Assembly: GCF_018977255.1 (NCBI RefSeq)
Contig: NW_024704751.1
Coordinates: forward strand, 11,408,001-11,472,000
Direction: 5' to 3'
DNA from: Callorhinchus milii
Lineage: Eukaryota
Length of the DNA: 64,000 nt
Position numbers and translations under genes: made by a program. A model generated the notes under the pieces. It was not told the DNA's origin, searched no databases, and worked only from the letters and a program-made list of their open reading frames with translations. Shown in pieces: positions 12,871 through 30,370 of this stretch. Position 1 is the first letter of the stretch; each line of letters opens with the position of its first letter.

Positions 12871-13440
12871 CAGTAAATCTCACATAAGTCGTATCAGTTG
12901 GGATCATACATTTCAGATAATTTATGCAAAGTAGGAGCATAACAACAACATGGACTTATTTCGTGCCCTCCACACAGGGTAGTGTCTCAGAGCGCTTAAA
13001 TAATTATACTATTAAATAATAGTATAGTATAAATAATAGGAAATAATTCAAAGGGACTTGAGCAGATGGAGTCCTGTAGCTCAGTGGTTAGAGCACTCGC
13101 TTTGCAAGTGAGAGACCTGAGTTCAATTCCAGGCAGAGGGTGAAACCTTGGGCAAGTTTCCTTACTCCACACAGAGCCTAATAATAATCCCTCTAAAATA
13201 AAACAATAATAAATTGGTCATTTTCAATCTACGACTGTTTATGGGACATTGCTGTGCGCAATTGGCTGCCGCGTTCGCCCACAAATGTACAGTCAAGTCA
13301 CTTTACAGTGTGTTCTGTGAAGCACTTTGGGACGTCCTCCCGACGTGAAAAGCACTATATCAAATGCAAGGATTATTATTATTATGTATGACTGAGGCTA
13401 TTATAAGATTTATACAGATAGGACTTATGTGAGTTTCACT
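12871..13440. mobile_element. Same MITE family, copy 2, interrupted by retroposon insertions
   Basis: CAGTAAATCTCACATAAGTCGTATCAGTTGGGA..TTATGCAAAGTA at the left end and TTTATACAGATAGGACTTATGTGAGTT at the right end match copy 1; the interior carries a SINE at 13068-13385. Confidence 0.6.
13068..13385 (+). mobile_element. Full-length tRNA-derived SINE
   Basis: Head GGAGTCCTGTAGCTCAGTGGTTAGAGC (A box)..GAGTTCAATTCC (B box), body GCTGTGCGCAATTGGCTGCCGCGTTCGCCCACAAA, tail AAATGCAAGG(ATT)n; many related fragments across the window. Confidence 0.9.
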
Positions 13441-13565
13441 TTGGAACAACTGTCTTTGAGTTACCAATGCCCAAAGTAAGTCCTGTTCATTCATTATTTG
13501 ACAGCCTGCCTAACATTACAGACTGGTGGGCCAATAGGAGACACAGAAACATCATTGGGATCAGA

Positions 13566-20330
<6,765 letters not shown>

Positions 20331-20619
20331 TGTTGCTCTGAAGTTTTAATTCGTTCTCCTTCTCTGTGCGGTCAGAGCGGCCTCAGCGCTGTGTGTGAGT
20401 GTGTGTGTCCCTCTGTGTGACCCTCTGTGTGAGTGTGGCTCTGTGTGTGTCTGTGACCCTCTGTGTGTGGCTCTGTGTGTGACCCTCTGTGTCTGTGACC
20501 CTCTGTACCTGAGCCCCGCAAATGGTAACCGGCGCCGCCGCTGATTGGTCGCTCCACAACCGTCACATCGGCGGCTGTTTTGTTGTTCCCACAGCGAAGG
20601 GTATCCCCCGGAACCCCCC

Positions 20620-21016
20620 TGACCCCCCACCCCCCCTCCCTCCCTCCCCCCCACCCCCCTCTACCCCACCCCCTCTACCCTCCCACCCCCTCTCCCCCAC
20701 CCCCCCTCTACCCTCCCCCTCCCCCCCCCACCCCCCTTCCCCACCCCCCCCCTACCCTCCCCCCCCCCCCCCCCCCCCCTCTACCCCCACCCCCCCTACC
20801 CCCCCCCACCCCCCCCGTCACCCCCCTCTACCCCCCACCCCCCCTACCCTCCCCCCCACCCCCCCCGTCATCCTCCCCTCTACCCCCACCCCCCACTACC
20901 CTCCCCCCACCCCCCCCCCCCCCCCACCCCCCTCTCCCCCCCCCCCCCTACCCTCCCCCCACCCCCCCCCCCCCCATCCCCCCTCTACCCCCCACCCCCC
21001 TCTACCCTCCCCCCCA

Positions 21017-21048
<32 letters not shown>

Positions 21049-21160
21049 CCCCCCCCCCTCTACCCTCCCCCACCCCCCCTCTACCCCCCATCCCCCCTCC
21101 CCCCACCCCCCTCTACCCCCCCCCACCCCCTCTACCCCCCACCCCCCCCTACCCTCTTTC
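20620..21160. repeat. Poly-C / CCCCTCTACCC low-complexity tract between the AK2 and PDIA6-like promoters
   Basis: Direct inspection; a purine-rich tract of opposite composition lies at 21945-22250. Confidence 0.9.
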
Positions 21161-22340
21161 TATCCCCCTCTCCTCTCTCTCTCTCTCTCTCTATCACATT
21201 AGGGGCTTTTGAAACCGTGTAAGAAAAGGTCTTCAAAGGGAAAAAAATAAGTTGGGGCAGAGGTTTAAATTGCAGATTTTGTTTTGACAATTTGGCGCCC
21301 GACCAAAGGCATCGTTTCTCCGCAGCAGAATAACAAAGCGGGTCTGTACCTGTGGCACCTTCCCCATCCGCAGCACGGTCCAACATCGCTGGACAAACAG
21401 CACCAAAAACACGCCCAATCTCCCCAAACGGTGCTCCAGCGCATTCACTGATACGTGTAGTGACTGTGCGTGTAGCTGAGCTGCCGCCCGCCCCACCCCT
21501 TCACCTCCCTGTGTATCGCAAATAATAATCCTCGCATTCGGCACAGCGTCCGATCACGTCGTCGAGACGCCGCGACGCGCTTCACGGGACGCGCTGTAAG
21601 GTGCGGGGGCCGTGTTTTGTGGGGCAGAATACAGCAGCGAGTTGCGCCCCCAGCGACGTCCCCGCACACAGTCACGGATTTAGCGCGTGGAAACCACACT
21701 TGTGTTTGATATACCACACTCCACAGTGCTGTAAAGTGGTGTGAACGGGGAGATGGTGGGTGGGTGGGTGGGGGGAGCGAAGGGGGAGAGAGAATCACAC
21801 GGCACAGAAGGAGGCCATACGGCCCATCGTGTCTGTGCCGGCTCTTTCGAAAAGAGCTTTTCCAAATCAATCCCCACTCTCTCTCCGCATAGCCCTGAAA
21901 ACTTGTCCTCCCCAAATAACGATCCACTTCTCTGTACTCGGAGGCGGGGGGGGGGGGGGGGGAGAGAGAGGAGGGGGAACAGAGAGGGGTGGGAAGGGGG
22001 TGGGGAGAGAGAGGGGGGGAGAGAGAGAGAGAGGGGAACAGAGAGGAGGTGGGGAGGGGGTGGGGAGAGAGAGGGGGGTGGGGGAGAGAGGCAGAGGGGA
22101 GGTGGGGAGGGTGGGGGAGAGGGGGGGGAGAGAGGAGAGGGGAACAGAGGGGAGGTGGGGAGGGGGTGGGGAGAGGAGGTGGTGGGGGGGAGAGGGGAGG
22201 GAGGTGGTGGGGAAGAGGGAGGGGAGGAGAGGAGGTGGTGGGGAGGAGGACAGGAAGTGGAGCAGTGTGTGGCCCTGTGGCTGACACGTGGCTGCAGTTG
22301 GGGTTGAGATGGCTGCGGGGGGCGGGGCGGAGGGGGGGAA

Positions 22341-22359
22341 CCAATCAGCGGCGGCCACG
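22341..22359 (+). promoter_or_regulatory. ER stress response element (ERSE, CCAAT-N9-CCACG) in the PDIA6-like promoter
   Basis: CCAAT CAGCGGCGG CCACG is an exact consensus. It is flanked by GC boxes (GGGGCGGGGCGG ~22318-22330), TGACACGTGG (22282-22291) and a TATA-like GATAAAA (22381). Confidence 0.85.
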
Positions 22360-22737
22360 GGGCCGCTGTGCCGGGGGGGGGATAAAAGCGGGACGGACCG
22401 GGATGTGTGTGGGAGGGGGTGTGGGGGGAAGGTGAGCAGTGACGGACCTGGCGCTCGAGCCGCGGCCGCTGTCGTTTAACCGTCAACCGTCGCCCGCGCG
22501 CGCGGGGGGAGAGGGACACAGACCCACACACACACAGTGACACAGACCCCCCCCCCACACACACACACACACACACCATAATCGCCCACAAAGCTCCCGG
22601 AGGGGAAGAGGAGAGGGTTTTTTTTTTTTTTCTTTCGGCAAAGTTTTTTTTGTGAGGGAGAATTTTATTCTTCGTATTCAAATCAATATACTTTAAAATA
22701 GAAACGTCGGAAAGGAAGGAATAAGTAAATAAAAGCC

Positions 22738-25700
22738 ATGAAGACGCCGACGAGGAGAGACTCGGGGCTGCTCCGCGTACTGGGTGAGCTGTCACAGGCC
22801 TCTGTGTGGGGGGGGGTTAGTCTGTGTGTGTGGGGGTCAGTCTGTGTGGGGGGGGTCAGTCTCTGTGTGTGTGGGTCAGTCTGTGTGTGTGGGTCAGTCT
22901 CTGTGTGTGGGTCAGTCTCTGTGTGTGTGTGGGGGTCAGTCTCTGTGTGTGTGTGGGGGTCAGTCTGTGTGGGGGGGGGTCAGTCTGTGTGTGTGTGGGG
23001 GTCAGTCTGTGTGTGTGTGGGGGTCAGTCTGTGTGTGTGTGTGGGGGTCAGTCTGTGTGTGTGTGGGGGTCAGTCTGTGTGTGTGTGGGGGTCAGTCTGT
23101 GTGTGTGTGGGGGTCAGTCTGTGTGTGTGTGGGGTCAGTCTGTGTGTGTGTGGGGGTCAGTCTGTGTGTGTGTGGGGTCAGTCTGTGTGTGTGTGTGGGG
23201 GTCAGTCTGTGTGTGTGTGGGGTCAGTCTGTGTGTGTGTGGGGGTCAGTCTGTGTGTGTGGGGGGGTCAGTCTGTGTGTGTGTGGGGGGGTCAGTCTCTG
23301 TGTGTGTGGGGGGGTCAGTCTCTGTGTGTGTGGGGGGTCAGTCTCTGTGTGTGTGGGGGGGTCAGTCTGTGTGTGTGTGTGGGGGTCAGTGTGTGTGTGG
23401 GGGTCAGTCTGTGTGTGTGTGGGGGTCAGTCTGTGTGTGTGTGTGGGGGTCAGTCTCTGTGTGTGTGTGGGGGTCAGTCTCTGTGTGTGTGTGGGTCAGT
23501 CTCTGTGTGTGTGTGGGTCAGTCTCTGTGTGTGTGTGGGTCAGTCTCTGTGTGTGTGTGTGTCAGTCTCTGTGTGTGTGTGTGTCAGTCTCTGTGTGTGT
23601 GTGTCAGTCTCTGTGTGTGTGTGTGGGTCAGTCTCTGTGTGTGTGGGTCAGTCTCTGTGTGTGTGGGTCAGTCTCTGTGTGTGTGGGGGTCAGTCTCTGT
23701 GTGTGTGGGGGTCAGTCTCTGTGTGTGTGGGGGTCAGTCTCTGTGTGTGTGGGGGTCAGTCTCTGTGTGTGTGTGTACGTATGTTTGTGTCAGTCTCTGG
23801 ATGTCTCTGTGTGTGGGTCAGTCTCTGTGTGTGGGTCAGTCTCTGTGTGTGTAATAATATAATAATAATTATATATATGTGTGTGTGTATATAGATATAT
23901 GTAGATTATCTTTCGATTGTACATATGTTATATACAGACTGTAGATTATATATATTTTAGCTATGCATAGATTATATAGGCTATATAACATGCATCATAT
24001 GTTATGCAGATTATACATATGTTATATAGACATACATGGATTATTATGTATATGTTATATAGATTACATATATAGATTTCATATTTACATTGTATCAATT
24101 ATATATGTGTATTGTATAGATTTTGTATGGATTGTATATAATACAGATTTTATATATATTGTGTAGATTATATATATTATAGAATTAGAATGCATCTAAT
24201 AACGTATAATTGCATATTCCTTTCTGTTCCTCATCCTACATTTGAAAGGGAATTGGACACATATTTGATAAAGAGAAGTATTGAGCTTTATGGAGGAAAG
24301 GGGGCTGGTGGGTGGGAATGGGTGAGTAGATCTTCCAGAGATGCTGCAGACTGTGAAGGGCTGAATGGCTGCATGGTAGGCTATTCATTCGTGGGAGCAT
24401 TATAGCTGATTCCAATTTTCCTCCCAGCTTAATCAATACCTTCATAGTTTTCCAGCGGAGTTCACTAGAAACCTGCCTGGGAGCTGCTAAGGCTTGCAAG
24501 ATGGAACTGCACTGAACAAGACCCTGTTGTCGGAGAGCCTGTGTGAATGTGTTTCCTGTTGTTGGTTTGCATTTGAATCTAAATGTCCAGACTGACCCCT
24601 GGTTTTGCTTTTGCAGGTGTTTTTCTTTGGACATTGCTTGTTTCAGTCAGTGCTCTCTATTCATCAAGTGACGATGTTGTGGAACTGACCCCGAGTAACT
24701 TTCAAAAGGAAGTCATTCACAGTCATGAACTCTGGCTGGTGGAGTTCTATGCACCATGGTGAGTCCAAAAACACAATAGCTTAGCAATCTGAATATGAAG
24801 TGTAGAAACCTGTGCCTATTAACGAGCCAAATCCAAGGGTAGATATTGTGAGTTGTGTACACAATGCTCTCACTCCAGAAAAGTAGCTTGAAGATGCCCA
24901 CATTGAACTACACCACAAGCAGTGACTGTTTGGCTCATCCTAAGATGGTGCTATGGATTTTGCTGCAACTTATCTGTTTTTAAATGGTCAAAAACTAGCT
25001 CAGTGTAGCGACCTGAAATGAGAAAGTATCACCCCCACCAGTGCTAACACCTGTTTCCTTGAGATTTCACAGCAGAAAGATAATTGATCCAGCTGTAAAG
25101 TTACTTTGCATATATAGTCAGTTGAGTGAAGATAAGATTGTCCTGTGAATTTATACATCTGTGAATTGTGTGAATTTGGACAGATGTGATGAATGTGGAA
25201 TGAGTGCAATAAATCACCCCTCCTACGATCAGAAAGTTTTATTATGACTTTTATGGATAATGCACAAATACAATTTTTCAATGCAAACTTTTCAGCTTGG
25301 GTTTAGTACAATGTGTGAAAATAAGACTGGCATTTTCAGTAACTCACCAATTACTATTCTAAATGTACTTGAAGCTTGTGTTGCTGTGTTCCATCGGTTT
25401 AACTCTTTATGTGTACTGAGCCAGCTGATGTTCTGTCTGTACAATCTTCGTGTTTCTTTTTTTAAAAAAAAGTTTTTCTTCTTTCAGGTGCGGACACTGT
25501 CAGAGTTTGGAGCCAGAGTGGAAGAAAGCTGCAACAGCATTGAAGGTTGTATCACCATTAATTAAATGTGATAATGACCAAGTCTTGTGCAGTATTCTAC
25601 AATATTTTGGTTCTTAAACCTATCTCTCATTTGGTAAAATCACTGCCCAGAGTGAAATGAAATAACTATTTTTCAAGTGTAACTAACTATAATTGATCTT

Positions 25701-28700
25701 AATTCAACGAACTTGATTAGTGCTAGATTATACTGTGTTGATGTGTACTTTAAGGCCTGGGATTCAATCCATTTAAGATAGATGGTTCAAAGATGAAAGT
25801 GTGAATTATTCATTTTGACTCGCTCTTATAATGTTGCAGGGAATAGTAAAGCTGGGGGCGGTTAATGCAGATGCACATCAGTCTCTTGGTGGCCAGTACG
25901 GTGTTCAGGGATTCCCAACTATCAAGTTGTTTGGATTAAATAAAAACAAGCCTGAAGATTATAATGGTAAGAGCTGGCGTGAAGTGAGAAATGGCTGCCT
26001 TTGCTCGTGTGAATGCTTCATCACCATTCAATATCAACGATAGATGCTGAGCACCATCTGTTCATCCAGTATTTTGTACTGCTTCAAGCAATACAACTTG
26101 TCTACTATTTACAATAGAAATTAAAATTGAAAATTAATATGGATTTACTCTTTCATAGAATCTCAAATGTAATTTTTGGAGACCTAATGCGGATGGACGT
26201 AACATTTAAAATAGCGTAAGGTGGAGGTACAGTTAGTGATACCTTTGTCACATGCAGGGAAAGATAACTGAGGTACAAGAGAACCTCCCAAATTCATCAA
26301 AGTCATGAACTGATAGCTCCTCTTTATATCTTTCTGTTTTCTCTGACTTTCTCTCGCTCTCCGTCCAAGTTAGTTATGGAACTGAAATGAGTTGTGCCTC
26401 AATTGTCAGCAATCTAGTTAATCCAGGCTTCCCCTGCCTCAAGTTAGGTAAAGTTCATTTGATATTTAGCATTGTATTATTGAATTACCATAGAAAACTT
26501 GACGTGCTGTAGCAAGAATATAATCTAGTTTATCAATGGGGAAATTTAACATTAGTTATAAAGTAATTTTTAAAGCTTGTAAATTATGGCGTTTAATAAA
26601 GTATGGGAAGGTATATAATTGCTATAATAATGCTTGTCTTTGATGCTGATTAATTGTGATTGATTGACAGGTGCCAGATCAGCCCAAGGAATCACCGATT
26701 CAGCCCTGAACACTTTACGTACAATAGTCCGGGACCGACTTGGGGGCAAGAGCAGTTCATATTCTTCTGGCAAACAGGTAACGTGTTTCAGAACCACTCC
26801 AGGGCTTTCGGTTGTGACAAAATGACAACTCCTTCATATCCAATACAATATTTGGATGTGAGTAGTGTCTGCACTGATATGCCTAACTTTGAGGGTGTCG
26901 AGGGGAGGTGGGGGGGGGGGCAAACTTGCTTCTGAATTCCCAGCAACTAGTATTTTGTTTCAACTCTTGGTTCGTGTATTACTGCTATGTTGTAAGCTGT
27001 ATAAAGGGCGCTATATAAATGCATGTTATTGTTAACACTATGTTGTCCTCTGATTACAGAGTGGTGAATCTGGTAAAAAAGATGTTGTTGAGTTGACCGA
27101 TGATAATTTTGATGAGAATGTAATTGGCAGCAGTGACATCTGGCTGGTGGAGTTCTTTGCCCCATGGTGTGGACACTGTAAGAGGTACGTGTCATTTTAA
27201 ACCATTCTGTAGTTACTGAGGGACGGAATGTCTTATTGATGCAATAATGAATACAGCTGCTAAGCTTGAGTATTGAAGAATTTAATATCTCAAATACTAT
27301 TTACCAAAAGCAAACAAATACATTGACGTTTCATAAAGGCAAAGCTGGGAATCTACATCATGCTGTTTATTTGAAAAAGTCTGAAGTGAATCTGTTGTTT
27401 TCTTACAAGAGCCTATGTCCGGGACACTTCCCTGCGTGAAGGGCGCTGTAGAAATTCAAGTTGTTGTTGTTACGTCCTGTTGACTAGGCTGAGCTATACA
27501 TGTTCATTTTTATCTTCAAAGGTTGGAGCCTGAGTGGGCTGCTGCAGCCACAGAGATCAAAGAACACACGGGTGGCAAAGTGAAATTGGGAGCACTCGAT
27601 GCCACAGTTAATCAAGCAGTGGCCAGCCGTTATGGGGTAAGCAGAGGGTTTAAGCGCTGTGTAATACAGGCCAGTCCAACGCTACCTGTAACTAAGTTTG
27701 ATACGGATAGTCTTTATGGCATCAGCAGATTTGGTTGCCAATTAGCTAATGTACAAATGGCATGCGACTTTGTAGTGTTCAAATGCAGCATTACTGTGAC
27801 AGTTTACATCCAGGATGACCAAGTTGGAGCCTATTCTACACAGGAGTTGACTATCTCTAATTTACATGAGTAGTGGCTATATTTTGTGGGTGAAATGTGA
27901 AATCAGGATTCTTCAATGCCTTGAAGAGCAGCAAATGTCTGTTACTGTCTGAAATTTCCTGTCCTGCTTGTTTCCGTTAGATTCGTGGGTATCCCACCAT
28001 TAAAATCTTCCATAAGGATGAAGACACTCCTATTGACTATGACGGCGGGAGGTCAAAGAGTGACATCGTTGCTCGTGCCATTGAACTGTTTTCTGAAAAC
28101 GCACCTCCTCCAGAACTGTCTGAGGTAAAGAGTGGACAACAAAGCTACAAATTCTTGTGAAGCGAGCGGGTTAACAAGTGTACTGTCGAGCTTTAAGAAA
28201 TCGCTATCAATTGGCATACTGTTTGCCAGACCAAAGCATTGAGATTGAATTTGTGTTTGATTATGATGTGTCTCCTTTTTTTAAAATGCGTAGATTGTTA
28301 ATGAAGATGTCCTAAAAAAGACATGTGATGACCATCAGCTGTGCATCATTGCTGTCCTGCCACACATTCTCGACACAGGTGGGTTTCAGGGATTCAGCCT
28401 GCAGTGAGCTGCTGTGCAGTGGTTGTTTTATTGAAGCGCATTATAACAACCTGACCCTTTGAATTGTTTTGTTATTTTTCAGTGGATCCGGATTCCTATT
28501 GAGTGTTAGTTGTGTCTTTGTCTCCGCTGTATTCTCAGTGACCCTGAAATTAGTTGCTGTGACACCCCCCACCCCACCAACATCCCCTTTCACTGGAGGA
28601 GATCTATTTAATAATCTAGAATCAACCCTATGGTCTACTGCTGCAGTAAGCTATGTCTTTACCCATTGAGTTATTGAAGAGACTTGGACACCTTGCTGCT

Positions 28701-30370
28701 TAAAATGCAAATAATCACACTGAAATGAATTCAACTTATTGGTTTAAAAAATGAACGTTAAGAGCTACAGCAATGTTTGCATATGCAGGTGTCAGAAGAG
28801 CTGTTTTGTATTTGCATTTAACATGTTCATCTGTTTACCAGGCGCTTCTGGGAGAAACGACTATCTGGACGTCATGAAGGCTATGGCCAACAAATACAAG
28901 AAGAAATTCTGGGGGTAAGAAACCGATTACATTAAAATTCTAAAATAGAACAGAGGTTACTGGGAACACTCAGTGGGTCAGTCAGCATCTATGGAGAGAG
29001 GAAAGCGAGTTAACGTTTCAGGTCAATGACTTTTTGTCAGAACTGGGGGATATTGGAAGGGAAGAGTTTATAAGGACAAACACAGAAGGGGGTGAGGAAA
29101 GAAAGACAAAGGAAAAATTAGGTGGAGGACAAGAGATGGTGAGATCAGAGGTGTTGACGGTACAAAGCAAAAGGTAATAGTGGGATGCGTCTGAGACCCA
29201 GAGGATGTGTGAATGGTTATTAAACATTGAAAATGCTGTCCAGGTCTAAATATTTAGAAGATGTTGAGGAAATCTGTGAACGCACTGACACAAGCGCCCC
29301 CGGTTGCTACCCTGCATGAAGAGCGCTATATAAATGCAAGTTGTTGTTGTGCTGCTCCATTTAGCAATTCTTGCCACTCGTCTGTTCATAAATGTACCAA
29401 ATGGTTGGAATCTTTATACTAGTGTTCATATTTTTATTTACTATTGCTTTCTCCTATTTATGTTCTCTTTATTGAGTGATTGCTGTCTATCTGTTTTTGT
29501 TAGTTGGTTATGGACAGAAGCAGGTGCTCAGGGGCCACTTGAAGATGCTTTGGGAATCGGTGGGTTTGGATACCCTGCCATGGCTGCAGTTAATGCCAGG
29601 AAGATGAAATATGCTCTGCTCAAAGGCTCGTTCAGTGAACAAGGCATCAATGAATTCCTCAGGTAATCAGTCCACAATGACACTGGAGTATGGGCAATTT
29701 ATTGACAAATTTCCATTGACAATGCGCTAATTTAGCTGCATTGTAAAGAGATTTTAAGTGTTTCTTTTAATAAAATGGACGTCACGCAGAAAGTTTGATT
29801 TGCATCATTGCCGGTGGCTGGGCAATAATTTTCTTAATGGGTGAAATTTCGTAATTTTTTTGCACATTAATGTGTTGCTGAATAAATAAAGCACATAAAT
29901 TGTACGGCACGGAAAACAGGCCATTTATCCCACCTGTTCCATGTTGGTAAGTAAATCTTTGTTGTTATAGGGAACTGTCAGTTGGGCGAGGTTCTACCTC
30001 TCCTGTTAAAGGAGCAGCATTTCCCAAAATCTACTCGGCAGAGCAATGGGATGGCAAAGATGGTCAGGTGAGTGAATGACACCAACCTATTTGACATGTA
30101 GATTTCTTCAATTACTGGGAAATGGCTTGGCTCGGATAGGAAGCTGGTGGCCCTCACAAGCCATGCCTAATGGCCTGCTATCATCTTCCTATCCCACAAA
30201 AGGTACATCCCACGTTTGACAACATTTAAAAGGGAAATATTGTTTATAGATGCGATCTATTTAAAGTAACGATCCAATCTCTTGATTCTTTTCAATCCTA
30301 GCTCCCGGTTGAAGAGGAGATTGATCTCAGCGATGTGGATCTTGACGATTTGGGCAAGGATGAGCTGTGA
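22738..30370 (+). CDS. PDIA6: Protein disulfide-isomerase A6 (P5) family protein, 448 aa
   Basis: 13 GT-AG exons in consistent phase: 22738-22783, 24617-24758, 25488-25545, 25840-25966, 26671-26777, 27060-27184, 27522-27636, 27981-28124, 28294-28378, 28842-28914, 29504-29662, 29971-30067, 30302-30370. Signal peptide, two WCGHC thioredoxin sites, [37 protein letters not shown], acidic tail ending KDEL*. Ortholog versus paralog status is unresolved. Confidence 0.93.
22800..23852 (+). repeat. ~1.05 kb minisatellite (GGGTCAGTCT(CT)GTGTGTGT)n at the start of PDIA6-like intron 1
   Basis: Dozens of units; source of three spurious Cys/Val ORFs; followed by a TA-rich low-complexity tract to ~24185. 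Confidence 0.95.

Noticed and set aside
13068-13140. tRNA-Ala-like genes (also ~15234, 40451, 44477, 49145, 55517)
   Set aside because: SINE heads: acceptor stem not closed, anticodon varies between copies, each runs into SINE sequence.
22403-22437. Upstream ATG plus AAG|GTGAGC donor as alternative coding exon 1 of the PDIA6-like gene
   Set aside because: Phase 2 is incompatible with the phase-1 exon 2, and the ATG is at or before the likely TSS.
22784-23894. Three ~360-aa Cys/Val/Gly ORFs resembling metallothionein or keratin-associated proteins
   Set aside because: All three frames of a GT minisatellite inside PDIA6-like intron 1.
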